DNA of 64,000 bases from Phoronis australis (taxonomy: Eukaryota > Animalia > Phoronida), in assembly GCA_002633005.1 (NCBI GenBank), contig NMRA01000036.1:570832-634831 (forward strand), read 5' to 3'. Of this stretch, positions 49,750 through 64,000 are shown in pieces. The position numbers and the translations under genes are program-made. Position 1 is the stretch's first letter, and each line of letters starts with the position of its first letter. The notes beneath the pieces were generated by a model. It saw nothing but the letters and a program-made list of their open reading frames with translations. It was not told the DNA's origin and searched no databases.

Positions 49750-52700
49750 TTAATGCATAGCAATGTTGCTTCATAATTATTCTGATGTTGCATGTTTTTG
49801 ATCCAAGTTTTTTCACCCACTTAGCCCTGTCAAATAGGCGGTTTAGTTATTCAATCGTTGTTGAATAAGTCTCACCTCCGGCTTCGCGTTAAAATGGCGG
49901 AGTGTTATTTAGTTCCAAAAAATGACAAGTGCAGATTTTTAAGAATTGTTCGCCTGCGAATTTCGTTAAGTACTGATGGCTTCTCTGTAACATGTTTGAG
50001 CATCCTAAGTAACTCGTATGTTGTGATTCCGTGAACATGAATATTGATAAACTGTCGATTATTTTTACAATGAGAGTTCATTTTTATTTGATTTTACAAA
50101 ATTCAAATAACTTATTGAAAAAACAAAAGCAAAGAAAACAGTCATGCAGCTCGATTGACGAGTTCGCCTGTGAGCGATGAAGTGGCACTGCGGCCATAGA
50201 ATAATGTGTAGAAACTGAGTTGGTCCGTCCTCGACCAAATAAACATGTCCGTGGGATGACTATGCGTTTGCAAGAAGGGAACAGCTTGCGCACGAGAATT
50301 TTGTACGCGAGCAGGCGCGAGATGCGCGCGCATGGAAATCTTTTGTGCTTTGTGGACGGTGCTCTTGATATAGTGACATCGGCAAATACACAAATACGTT
50401 TTCCAATCTTTCCTGACGAACCATTCATTGTCAATTTATTTCCTGATGATAAATGATGAGATACCTTTTCGCAAACTTGTTTAATTTCAGTTTAAATTTG
50501 ATTTTATGCCTTCGTAAAAGGTACAACGTGCCCTTGACTTCATGGTTACTCACTGCTGATCCTGTTACACAGATGTAAATATAGATTAAACAATCCTTGT
50601 TACGTACTGCAGAATGTATAAACGATTGCATGCCAGTGTCTCTACATTTCAGCTTCAATCCACCAAGCGTCAATCCTGCACCAGCAGACACCAAACCCAT
50701 GGTCCGGTGCGTTAGTGTGTTTTCAGGGTATAGAGTATTTTCGAAGCGTTTGTTGAGTTTAGGGGGGGGGTAACATTTCTACGCGGGGTTTGTCCGGAAG
50801 TGGGGTTTAGGGAACAAAAGCTAGGAGTTAAGAAGTGCGACCCTAGAATAGCTTCCAACCTAGTACTATAGTATCTATACTAGCTTGAAAAGGAAAGATG
50901 GAAGACAATCTGACTTGTGTCAGTTCACAATTATGTTGCTAATGGTGACCGACAAATACTGTACATTATTTAATTTGCATTTATCTAACGTGGAAAGCGA
51001 TCACATAACAGCGTTAAGATAACCGACTCTTCTTTCAAGCCTCTTTTTCCAACATAAAAGACATAGAAATTATATCAGTCACTCGTTTTTTCATCGACAA
51101 TACTTAATTTTACGTGTGAATTAGCCTAGAGATTGTCGTGATAATAAACTATTGGTTTGAAGCATCGAGCCATGTTTAATGAAGATTAATCCGATAGAGA
51201 CCAGTCATACAGACATATGACTGAGCAACGATCGCTTTTCATTAGGCCTTCAAACCAAATTGTATTAGAAATCAAAGGAGTTGCAAGGCTACGATGTGGC
51301 ACATTTAGTTATCAAGATTAATCAAGCGTCGAAAGAAACTAATTAGAACTTCATGGAATATGTTTGCCGTGTGTCACTTTTTATGCAAATATGTTTTTGT
51401 TGCTCCCAAACATCAAACAAAATCGTTGCAGCTTTAATGCGCATAAGAATCACTTGATTTGGAAATTCAAAAGATTCAAGGTTGAAGTAACACACAAGGT
51501 GCCCATGTGCCTTCACCCAGGCATAGAGGCGTACAAGCAGGCCCAACAGATGTTCGACAAATGCGGGACTCTGGTAAGAGACCATTACCCATAGTTCTGC
51601 ACGCGATTGTGCGGTTTGTTGAAATGGATAGCGCGAGACTGCCTTCCTAATAAATTATGTTTTCTCTCACCTAAACCGGAACCTCCCACACCAACCACAG
51701 CAAGGACAGAAGGCGAGATCCTCGGATCTCGCGAAGCTGTCTGAGGGCTTCGCCCTCATCTACTCTACTCTCTAAACCCGAACCTCACTCCTTTGAGATA
51801 CACTGTAGGTGGGTAGGTACGTACCAAAGTAGGTAGGTAGGCAGGCAAAGTATTTTATTTTTGAGTTTTCAAAATTAAGTTTATAACTACTTTGTCAGAT
51901 ATTGTCAGTCGAGCGCACAATTTAGGGTTGGTCGCACGAGAAAAACAAACTTACTCGAAGTTAGATCTAATATTAATACTTGCAAGGTTTGGCGAGAGAC
52001 GAAACGTATTTCTGACAAACCGATTATTCATACAAATGATTTATTTCCAGCCTTGTTACATTAGATTCGAGCTAAAAACTCGAAATTTTAACGCGAACTG
52101 TCACTCTCTGTGAGGGGTAATTAAGTGCAAACTAGGATTTAACAGTTATCCACGTAAGATATTGTGCACTCGAACATAGAATCGTGAGTTTGCGCATAAG
52201 CAGAATAAAACATGCCAAATAAAATTTCGAAAAACCCGCAAAGCTTGGTTTAGCCAATCAAATTGCGATGCACCGTTTAGAAATGATCGCCTATTATGGC
52301 AGCGCAAAATACCGCGAAACTTGTCGCCACTTTTATGACTTGTGGGTAACACTTGTGCTTCTTTCTAATGTGTATAAAAAACTTGTTTGATACCGCTTAG
52401 CTTAATTTTCCTTCTCTTTATGCTCCGAGCAGGGCGTTCTTGTCCCTCGCGCCATAGCAGCAATCATATAACGATGTCGCCGGTACAGACTCCCAAGCTA
52501 TGCTACTGCATCCATCCGGCGTGCTTTGCTTTTGCTTTTATTTTGAAAACGGTAAACGCGTGTTTTCAAATGTTTAAACAAACTTAAATTGACTTTTAGT
52601 CGCGCTTACCGTTGTGTCCGAAGTGATTGTATATGCTGTATTCTACAAGTGGCTTCTTCAATTATGCTGTTGGAAACGACGCATGTCAAGATCTTGTTCA

Positions 52701-54874
52701 GTCACCGATCTTCATTCTGTTTATCGGAATAAACGCCCTGGTGTTTTTTCGGAAAAGGGGGACGTGTAAACGGAAAGTCATAGTTTTGCTGACTTTGGTA
52801 TTTTTACTTAAAACAGTGCTTTTAAATTTTATGTTCATGAATGCACATTTCGCCAACACTTTGTTCGTTTCATAAATGATAAATGCTCCACAAAATGAAT
52901 TTGTGACAAAAAGTTGACGCTGTAAGGAGTTTTTAAGAGCAAATTTTTCGAATAAATACCCCCACTATCTGGCCTCTTGACACCATAAGTTGTAACACCA
53001 AATAAACGGCATAATTTTCCGAATAAACGTCCATCAGGAGGGTTTATCTACGGAAAATCCCAGTAAAAAGAATACGGCTTTTGTCACATCGTGTTTTGAT
53101 AAAAAATCCGGTTCTAGTTGCAGAAAGGTGTGATGGACTCTCCTGAAATGCAAATGACCCTTTTCCGCCTATGGCATTACATAGCTTGACTCATTACGTA
53201 AGAGAGTAACGCCAACGTTACGACGGACTAGCAATGCTATAACTCAATAGCCGAGAAACTTTGACAGAGGGCCATACTTCCGCTTACGATGGCAGAGCTG
53301 AAAAACCTTTGCAAGAGAGCACTTTGGGGAAATTCAAGATTCTATTTAAGCTAATAACAAGTATTTTTCCATACAAAATTCGGAGTACGAGATGGTAAAG
53401 TAATTGGTTTTTTCACAATGACAGTCCTAAATTGTAATATTTCTACCATATTCCGAGTGATAATCTATAACAAATACGAGCAGTATGTACAATGTACTGA
53501 GACCTCCACGCGCGAAACGGGTTAGAGGTGAGTTTCCTTTTTGAAAAAGTAAGGAACTAAAAAAATACCGTACTACTGGTTTTATTTAAAAAATGAAGTC
53601 CAAAACCAGTTGTACTTTTTGTATGTAAACCCACGTTCTGTCAAAAAAACTAGTTTAAGCTTTTTTCTTACCCAGATGTCGATAGTTTCTGGGTTTGGAA
53701 AAAATTGCATGCAAATCGCGGCGCACTAAGTCAGAAATCTCACGAAATAAGGCAGCGTCGTCAGTTCTTACAAGCTGAGCAGCTTGTTCTGTAACGGAAA
53801 GTGGTCTAAATCAAAGGAAGTGTTTTTGACGGAAGATGAATTTCTAACAGTGCCGTGAAAATTGATTTAAAATTAGCCTCAACGCGAAATCGAACTCGCA
53901 GCCTCAACAGTCGCAGGACAACACTGTGCTGGTAGAGCTGAACCTCACTCGATAGATGGCAGAGTAATTTAGCATATTTAACTGGTTAAGTCACGGGCTT
54001 CGATTTCAGGAAATGGGTGGCAGAATGACAACGGCGAGAATAAGTGATTTGCAAAAAACGCACAAAAAACAATGGATCTTGTGCTGGTCAAAGCTGATAA
54101 CAATATCCCAAAAATGCGTAAACCTATTATTCTCTTTAATTTAACAAGTATTATTTTTAAGGAATAAGTTATGAGAACGCCCGTGAGCTTAGGGAGGTTT
54201 AGGGGCCAGGAAGCCCGCCCTTTCTAAATGTAATCTAAAAGTACTGAAAATACAGTCTGCATTACGTTTTTTACGGCTTACGCGAATATTTTTCCTTCGA
54301 AGTGGTTCGGGCCCTCACCCTTGCGACATCCAAGATCGCAGAGTGTCCGATCGGTGAGAGTGAACGATTATTTTGCCTACATGCCGAAAGTAAATTCGAA
54401 TGTGCAGTTGATGCCCTTAAAAGGTCAAAAGTGGTAAATCACATTTGAATATCATGGGATATTTTTGTTACTTCGATAAAATAGCATGTTTTCTGTTAGT
54501 CTTTCAATTATCATTTTTGTATTTTTGTTTTCTGTTCTACTTCAATAAAATAGTTTTCCATAGTTTTCATACATCAATAAAATGATTCGTTTGTTTGTTT
54601 AGAAAGAATTCAGACCAAAGGCGAATGGTGTCGGCGGCATAGCGTCAGGGTGGTCCGGAATCGTAACGCATGAGTGGCTTAAACAATTAAATGAAAATGC
54701 GTGCCGTGAAAATAAGGCAGGAATTTTGATTTATAAAAAAAATATGTTTATCTCAACGCATTCATACGAAAAGTGGTTCTGGGCTTAGAAATACTAAAAG
54801 TTTATTACTACCTGGGGCCATGCTCGGAGCACGACACGTCGACACAAGAGACGACCATTATTTCTTCTGTCAAG

Positions 54875-55012
54875 CATTATTATTATTAACATTATCACTG
54901 TCTCCGTCACCGTCATCGTCACGATCATTATTTTCATTTTCATCAAGACCATCATCGTCATCATGATCATATCCCGGTGGTTGTCATTATCGTCGTCATT
55001 GTTTTTATTTCA
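54875..55012. repeat. Degenerate (ATC/GTC/ATT)n microsatellite
   Basis: cattattattatt..cgtcaccgtcatcgtc..catcatcgtcatcatgatcat. Confidence 0.8.
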
Positions 55013-56384
55013 TGCTATCAGGAGAGTGTTGGACATGTTGAGGTAAAACAACGCTGGCAGTATCAATGTCAGTTCCGGTTGGTTTGCGCTAGTAATGAAA
55101 ATAATCGCAAAGTCGTTATATGGCTCACAGAACTGCACATGTACCATAATCGAATAAGATATGGAATTAAAATGTTTCAGTCAAAGTAAAAACAATCCTA
55201 TTATCCTCATATCGACGTTTCATTAGGCTTCTCCAAATGAAATTATCGAGCGCAAAATTAGTACGGCCATATGCGTCCACCACAACAGGGAAAACAGTTC
55301 GCGTAGTAACATATGGGTAATACGCAGATTGGCTAGATACCGCAGACGCCTGTCTTTACACACGAGACACAATGGGCTACGATACGCTATGATGATAGAG
55401 TGCAGTGAAAATACCCTGCACTTTTTAGCTTGCGGAATAAAACCGTAATAACTTCCACCGAACATTGTGGGGCGCAACATGGAACAGCATGACGTATCTG
55501 ATATCAGCCAGCACCGGGAATCAGTGTGGCAAATCAACAACGATGTGATGGACAACTGACATGCGTAATGAACATCTATGACTTTCAGTGACATGTATCA
55601 CGAGCTTCGACATTCGCCCATCGAGAAAACCTCGGGTTATTCCGTAGCCTCAAATTCCCTTTCGGGGGTTCATGTCAAGAGCTGTACTATGAAACTTGGC
55701 TCACCTCAAAATCCAAATGCTGCCTGGTAGTTTGGCAATTGGTCCAATTATGTTGCACAACCAGCAGAATTAATGAGAAACATTTTGCAATATTAAACAA
55801 AGTTTTAGGTTGTAAAAGTCAAAGTTCTTGTCCAATTTTCAAAATTCAAAAATCTAATCACATGTGATTTTCACGAACTATTCAAATATGCTATCTATAA
55901 ACTTTCAAAACGAAAATTCAAAAATACAATTGTTGCCACCAATGTGTCTGTGATGGGTCTCATTATGTAGAGAACGATAATAGCAGTAGCATGAGGCGGT
56001 TTAATTATCCACAACCTGAGTATAGTTTCTTTTACCAGAACCGGCAGATTATGTGGTGCGCAAACCGATCTAGCTGCCCAATTTCAGTTCAATTGGTTAG
56101 TGTGTCAACGTCGAATTCTTTTCGTATTTTCAAATATTATGCGCATGTGCAAACTTCAAAGCAAAGGATTTGATCAAGTGATGGTTAAAAATCAACGTTA
56201 CGAAAATACCCCGGGTGTTTTGAAAGCATTTCGCCTTGAAGGGGTGAACAAAATTTTGCAAAAAATGAATACGAACTGTGAAATACTCAAACTTCTTGAA
56301 CAGTGTAGAAGTTGACGAACAGCTAATTCTGACAGATAGAGAAAACGTTTAATAGCTGTTGCGCCACCGCAAGGAGCAAAAATG

Positions 56385-56585
56385 AAACCCATCAGGCTCA
56401 CAGAGCTGTTTTAACTCCCGTTTCTATGCCGTGAGCGGTTTAGGGTTTTTCAACGCCCCTTGGACGAGACGCTAGTCGATGATTGCAGGTCTCCCATCCG
56501 TGACTCGTTGTAGGTCTACCCACTTCTACATCAATGTTAATTAGGTAGGGCAATACTTAAGTCCCTTGCTCAAAAGACTTAGCTA
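56385..56585 (-). mobile_element. Body of a CORE/V-domain-like tRNA SINE (head eroded)
   Basis: The minus strand reads ttgagcaagggacttaa..gtagaagtgggta..acctgcaat..gactagcgtctcgtccaagggg..cgctcacggcatagaaacggg, the block order of widespread metazoan SINE2 elements. Confidence 0.6.
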
Positions 56586-59573
56586 GAATATATCGAAGTT
56601 AATTATCCAATTCCGACGGGCTTCCTGAATAACATTCGGAATCCGGCCATAATTTTATGTCAGGAGCGTTTATGTCACGTTTATGTCACGTTTAGGTCAA
56701 ACCTAAATTTAAGAATGTGTTAAATAAATGCATAACATCCCAGCAATGGCAAATACAGGCTGGACAAAACGAGGACTAGTTTAGATCTAATTATCAACCT
56801 GTTAAGTGCGTTTTAATTACTGTTTAAGCACCTGCCTGTAAATGAAGCCCAGCAGGAACACAGTCGGGTGTCATAGCGCCATATGTCGCAGTTATCACTT
56901 CACACATGCGCTTATCCACAAGACGCAACACTAGAATATATTGCAAGTTTTAACTGATGGTTCTACGAAGTACATTAACGAGGAGAAGCGGTGTAAAAGA
57001 ACCCCTGAACTCAGAATCCACGGTGTGTGTGCATTTAAATGGTACATCCGGGTGTTTACTGATTGATGGAATCGTATGTTGTAATACGTGCCAGCGGGGA
57101 AGATGATGGTCCCCAAAGACGTGATACTTTCCTACTACTCCGTATTTGGTTACTTCCCCTGGTTATTCTGTGAGGGCACTGGCGGCCTGACAGCATTTCG
57201 CGAATATGCGACTATTACTTTTCAGTTCACACATTCAAGCAAACTTGCAACAAAATTAGGCATAACACAAAATTTTGAAAACATAGTTAATTAGTCGTTA
57301 GTGACATGTATTTCATGAGTAAGCCCATGGATGTCTTCACATAAGAATATATCACGAACGTGAAATTGCTGAACCCGAACTTCGTTGTATGGCAATTGTC
57401 CTCAACCTGTGGTCCTTTATGTCACCAGCTCGAAATTCCTGAAAGTACATGTAGGGAGTTTAGATAACAACAAAAACCAGGCTTATTCCAATTTTGGTCC
57501 GTACAGTATTTCCCTCATAAATTGATTGGTAAATTATATGTTTAAGCTTAAATTGGACCAGGCCTTTTTATCTTAATCCCACGGAAATTAGATTTACAAA
57601 AGCATATTGAATTAGTCTCCGAGCGCAACGCCGTGATGGTTATATTAAGTTTGTAACTTGTGTAAATTTCCATACCACAGTGTCGACTGACCACGCAAAC
57701 CATCAATTACTGCCAATTTGCCATAAGTGCTTTACAGAATTCTTGATGGGAGTTTGGCTCGACCCTTTTGTCGTTAATTGATTAGTAACATACTTGAGTT
57801 AATTCAATGACAGTAGAGAATACCAAGTAGGCTGTCGTTTGATCGTTTCTCCTCAGCCATTTTCAAAGCATAACTCCAATTAAAGATCACGTATATTTAA
57901 CAAGAACTTAATGGCAAACCAGAACTAACGCAAATATTATCAAAACACGAAGAAAGTAAATTTAAGCTTGACGGCTTTAAAGTTTTCATCAGCAATTCGA
58001 TCTTGATTGTTGACTAAGATAACCATATGCCTTTAACATGGATTTTTATCGACATTGAAAGGGAAGTTCATGACGACTACTTTGCCGTAAAAGTCAATTA
58101 AATTTAAGGTAGAACATTATCACCACACAAGGAGTCCGGTTTTCAAGTCACTAATATGAAAAAGTCACTTCATTTTTTTTGGCAGCGAGACATGTTTTAG
58201 AAGGTCTTTCTTGTGATCAATAATGGTTCGACGTAACGAACATGAAGTTCTCACCTAGAACCTTCACGCCGATTGTTGGATTATTTAGCAATTAGTTCAT
58301 GTCGTAAAACTTGGCCTGATTTTACTGTTCTTCAATAGGATTTAATGTTTATAGTCAAGTTTCATGCCAAAACAGCAAATGAACTTAAACCAAACAACTA
58401 TTTTCCCAGTATAGCTTGTGCTGTAAACTACGAAAACAGACGAGAGTAGTCATCTGCAGCAGCGCCACGCACGTGACCATGTTCAACCAATAGGGCACAA
58501 GATTAGTGTTGATAAACCAGCGGATTAGCAAGTCGAAACACAAGTGTAAAATGCGTGTTGACGGCGCACAGGTTGAGATGTGTCGACTGGTTTAACAGAA
58601 AACAGGATAAAGACAAGTTTGGGAGAGCTTCAGTCTGGTCAAGACCAGCCTCAAAAGTAAGTAGTGAATCAGTTTGTTGCTACGCAGACAATTGTCTAGA
58701 AATCACGGTTTTAATGAAGTTAAATTTGATGCATTAGTTGTAAGGCATTAGTGGTATGAGTACTATACAACCATATGGCTATACGGCTACGCTCGATATA
58801 TTTGGAATTAAGTTGACAGTTTGGTGGCTAGTTTGTCCATCCGCCGTCTGCCTGTTTGTAGATATCTTTTATCTTCTTGTGTCACACAAAATAGAATTAA
58901 TTTTACAAAACTTGCAAAGCGTTCCGCACATTCTTTGCGCATAGCTCTGTCCTTTTTATTGTTCATCTAAAATGTGGTCATCTTCGAGAGCTTCGTCATT
59001 ATAGCTTCTGGAGACAGGGTGAAGGGACCTTCGAAGCCCAAACTTTCGTTATTTTTGACTGCGTCATTTCTTATCCTTTAAAATACTGTCCACGATTTCA
59101 GTATCCGGGGGTGAGCTTGATCATGTTGTGTATTATTGATGAGACAAACCGAGTCCGTGGTGCGCTAATTTTTAGTTATTCACTTTTTCAAGAAAGAAAA
59201 TCGACTCAAGACGTTTTTTCTTACTCATTGCTTGCTTGACATTCCAAACTTTGCTTACGCGCCTTCGTGTAGTTTTCTAACAAAAAATACGAGATCTCTG
59301 AAATTGGTGCGGACGGGCGTTTTTAGTCAGTAATCGCAAGTCTCAAAATTAGTCGGGGTAAAGACAAGAACCGACTCTGCTTTTTGGCCTTACATCAATA
59401 AAATTTTAAACTGAAAAAACTCGCAAACCCCATTGACATCGCTTTTTAAACAATAGCAGTAATCATTGTTGTGTCAACGCATCGACAAAGAGACCAACAG
59501 ACAGACAGGCAAACAACCAAAAAACGGACATGTGCACGGCCTGAAAGATAGTTCGACGGACACACAGACAATG

Positions 59574-59634
<61 letters not shown>
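59574..59634. repeat. Compound (TA)n(TG)n(TA)n microsatellite
   Basis: Read directly from the sequence. Confidence 0.97.
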
Positions 59635-59635
<1 letters not shown>

Positions 59636-62600
59636 CCATACCTTTAAAGGCTATTTATTTTTAAACGGTTTCGATAGTGACGCAAGTATTTTTACTTCTT
59701 TGGCATCGAAACATCTGATATTTTTAATTGCGCCTATATTTAAGATGTTGCATGTTCTAAAATCGTTTTTATTAAGTGCTTTGAAGTTTAGGCGGATGCG
59801 CAGGTAAGTGTCCCTTGGACAGGGGCATTAGATGCATGTATAGGCACACATCTTGCCCTCGACATGGGCGCATATCTAGCGTGATCATTCGAGTTTTTTT
59901 TAATCTAAATCCTTTTTTATTGGAATCCATTAAGCTTAACGGTCAAGATGATGAGTTGGCTGGTCACAGTGTATCTCGTCGGAGAACATTCCAGTTTCGA
60001 AACTGGTTGAAAAGCACGACCCGTGGAAACAGATTGCAACGCAGTGTTGTGAAGAAGAGCCGACTGGTTGGAAGATGGAGTTGATGTCGTATACCAACAG
60101 GTGGTGATGAGTTTCATGCAGCACCTTTATACCCATACGTCAATATTTAGCACACGTACTTATACACCAATAGGCAAACATACGCCCGGGTGTAAATGCA
60201 ACCTTACATGACGTTGGAATGGCCGCCGTCAGCATTTTTAAAATTTCGAAGCAAAAAGCGACAAAAGCAACGTTTTCCGGTACAGAGAAGAATCTTCCAC
60301 TTTAATTACTTTGAAACTTGGTTGCTCCGGGGCTCGCGTATCCTTCACAGGTTATGGGTTAAGAAATATCAATGAACTTGTGGCAGAACAGTTAATGAGA
60401 ATTTTAAGGACGAGGAACAGTCCATTTGAAAGTTGTCAGCTAGAAAATGCCCTTCTGGAAACAGACTTACTCGTTTTGTCAAAAATTGCTAGAATATATT
60501 GCAAGCAAAAAAAGACAATCTACCAATAAGAAAGCTGTTGAACCCAGGTCATAAGATGGAAATAACTTGATAATCGCACCGTAGTGGTAACTTTTGGAGG
60601 GGAGAGCCCAAATTGTCCCACTATACATGCATAGGTGAAATAAGTTGTGCAAGCCGATAGAGGAATATTCGGATTGTCGACTTCCACTTGAACACCACTG
60701 AGAATTGGTGGACATGAAGTCACCACTACATAATTGTTCATTAACTTAAAGAGGCATGGAACGTAAAAGCTCGTCAAAATAAATAATTCCTAATAATAAT
60801 ATCAGCTCGCAACGTCTACTAGAGTTGTTCAATTTCCTCTGAGAGGGAGTTTCCAGAAACAATCACAAAATTCACCACTTTTAAAATATGCGTCAAGAAA
60901 AAACTCTGAACTCACTACAGAGTTTCTAATCTCTCTCCCTCTTATGATAAATGCGCGCATGCGCTCATAGTCAGTCGCAAACAGATGGCTGGCAAGATCA
61001 TCATGCGTGATCGCACTCCGAATCTGAGGTCAACAGCACTGTACATGGCGAGCCGGTGAAACAAGCGATTTCAAAAAAAGAATTCCACTTGTATTTTGAA
61101 ACATATTTGAATACTATGATATCTTTATTATTAATTTTTCACAGTTAGGACTTACAACAACTGCTTCTTAATTGGACTGACTGCTGCTGTTGTTTTTTAT
61201 ACGTCAAAGGTCCCATATAAGGGAAATGTGCTACATCCATGTCATGCCATACCTAATAAGGAGAAGTGTTTTGCCTTGTGGGAGAAAAATCGACGAATTG
61301 GCGAGCATTTGACAGATCTCTTTTATGGAATTTAAAACTAAAGCAAAAATGCTTTGAAATCAATGGAAATTCAGGTTGAATTCTGTCTCAGTGGCAGAGA
61401 ACCACTTTGAATAACGCAATTTAGTATGTTTTTCACGCCTCATGCCTCTTTGAAACAGAAGAATAAATACTATTGTCAACTCTCCCGTTGTTTGGTTAGG
61501 TAATGTTTACTGATTTATTTCATTAGCCTATTGAAAACGGCGGGGATCGAAATTCTTTCGCTTTATCAGTCGCAACCACCGACTATACAGCGGATTCTTC
61601 TTCGCAGTCAGAAATGTATGGGGCACAATGTCCTTCAACCATGGATATTTCAATAGGTTGGTCTTTTTCTGTAAGCCATTGGTATATCCCACGGCACATC
61701 AATGACAATTTTAAAAGGTTGTCTGTACCACTGGAGTGAAACCTCCCGTCCGCGTTACATGGGATCTGTGTGTGGCGCTAAACGCCTGTCCATCAATGTA
61801 AAATTCAATATGATGCGGCAATCGAAAGTCAGTTATGGTGCCACTGAATAGTTAGGATGCGGCCGCGGCCAATTTGTACTGCCAAAATATCAAAATTTTG
61901 GGGTAGTCCAAGTTTGGGGCATTTTGTAGGTGGGCATTGCACGTAGGTTCAGTGAATGTGGTTTGTTTGTATTTGTGAACATGCTGAGAATAAAAAGGCC
62001 ACTTTCTCGGCTGTAGCTGCACTCTTCTTCAAGATGGCTGCCCCGGTTGCAATTGTGCATTGCTGGGTAGCGACTGAGAAATTGGCTGCGATTTTAGGTA
62101 GCCCTCAAACAAGCCAGAATTGCCAAAAAACTAGTTGGTTGACAATACTTTTGGGCCACACTTTCGGAATCTGTAGGAAATTTGCTTTCAGAATCTATTG
62201 TTGGTTTTAGTCGTGCATCGGCAGGGAAGTGATGTTTTTGGGGTGAAAAGTGCCAATTATGCACTTTTTTGCCCCTATTTTTCTTAGTCTAGCTTGGTTT
62301 TCAGTGGGATTGAAAGGGTCAAAAATACAAGAGAGAATAAAGTTTCTGCGCTCACCTGCAGGGCTTTTTATGTGAAATAACTGAAAACATGTCATTCTTT
62401 GCATCCTGTTTTTGACAGAGTGAAGAAAATGTGACAAATCAAGTGATGTGGGTTTTGCTGGGCAAAACCAAGTGAGAACTGTTCTGTGCCTCCTATTGGT
62501 AGCATGTAACGTAAGACTTCCGCAAGGTTATTAATGATAATAAACGTAAGACTTCCTAATTGAATCGATAGAAGTTACATATTAATTGCATTGCGCCTGA

Positions 62601-64000
62601 AATATTGTTCGCGTTTTGTACTTAAACAAAGTGGTTTCCCGTATTCGATTATTCGTTATTTGGGGTATGACAACGGTATTAATTACAACCAAATTTCATT
62701 TGTTCTAAATGTCCAAGATGAAAACTCAAAATAATGTTACAGTTTTCTAAATTATTATTTTATGTCCACTTGATACAGCTTTTTTATTTTTTACGAAAAT
62801 CGTAAAAACCCTATTTTTGGTAGCCCTCATTCTTAAGTGGGGCTTTCTAACAGTGGCTTGAAGAACAGACTGTATAAATCATAGTATCTGAAACTTAAAT
62901 ATGAATATTTTTAGCTATTCCTCAGATATGATCTCCAAATATGGAATTTTTCTCTATGGTTCTACATAGCCTTAAGGAAAAAAGGAGGAGAACTGGTTTA
63001 TTGCCTCTGAGGTACTACCTAAATCACAAAATATATTCCCTAGATCAGGCTGCTTAGCCATTCAAGATATGTGACAATGTTTCAAGTGACAGGAAACAAC
63101 TTTCATTTCCAAATAGGCCATTAAATTCATAAGGAAATAAACTCTCAAATGGAGCTGTTTTGAAAGGACAAGCCTTGGGGCTCTCTTTTTGGCATAGAAT
63201 GTAAGGATGTGCTAGTTTGATGGAGTATCTTGCCTCGTCAGTATTGTCTCGGCTGGTTCTTTGGCTGCGTGTCTCTTCAGTAGAAGTTGTGATGTGCCGG
63301 ATAAGGTTTATTACAAACTAGATATTGTTCTGGATACCTATTGTTGGTCTGGATTTTGAATATGCGGCGACAGCTCTAGAAGCTGGGCGCCTTTTCAAGG
63401 TGGGCGCCCCAGCAGTTTTTGCTGGTTATGTTGATAACCAACGTCAACAATGATACAAGAATAATTTTGGATTTCAGTTCAGTCCAGTGCGTTGTAAAGA
63501 ATGCAGGGGATGGACATGCACGATCGAAGTTTTGAAGAAGTGCGCGATGCCAGCAGATCTTTTTCTATCGGCTTATTTCCCATGAGCCATGTAGAGACGA
63601 GTACAGACTACACCGCATACTTATAGTATAACATGCATTTGAATAGCCATTTTGTTAGATTACACAATGTAGGTTAATGAATATACCAAACGAATAGGGT
63701 TAATTAAAAACGATCGAAGCCGTTTATTAATTACTCTTTTGGGGCCATCTAAAAATGGAATATAACGCCAGCTTGAGATAGGGTGCGCCATTTATGCACA
63801 TGTTTTCGTCACAAAACAGCATAAAAGCGCCCTCTACCTCAATCTGGCGTCTTGCAATTTCCCCTGCGCTTCGGGTGGTTACAACCATTGTCACCATTGC
63901 TACACGACGTTACGTTGAGAGTACGGTTTTTACGCTGTCTAGACAAATGTCAGTGAACCTTCAGTCTACTTCAATACTTTTTGAATCATCAAGAAAGGAA

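Noticed and set aside
53870-53965. Minus-strand tRNA or SINE head (GAGTTCGATTTC)
   Set aside because: Only a partial B box, with no convincing A box or cloverleaf.

Overview
Eukaryotic, AT-rich and transposon-saturated DNA, most consistent with an invertebrate animal intergenic or intronic region, with two assembly gaps. I find no intact host gene, rRNA, functional tRNA or CRISPR array. All recognisable coding remnants belong to mobile elements: an APE endonuclease fragment, three Penelope-like (PLE) relics, a BEL/Pao LTR pol relic, two adjacent RT+RNase H LINE relics, and THAP starts in TTAA-flanked Kolobok-like elements. Non-coding structure is rich. It includes a four-level nest of non-autonomous DNA transposons (several with CA-termini and 5-bp target duplications, hAT5-like), tRNA-derived SINEs, Helentron/HINE-like elements, foldback MITEs and microsatellites. 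The most interesting object is a 470-bp palindrome (14797-15265) of two head-to-head copies of a short element with a tRNA-derived Pol III head and a Penelope-type minimal hammerhead ribozyme tail, a candidate PLE-mobilised ribozyme SINE. All family assignments come from motif recognition by eye, not from database searches.
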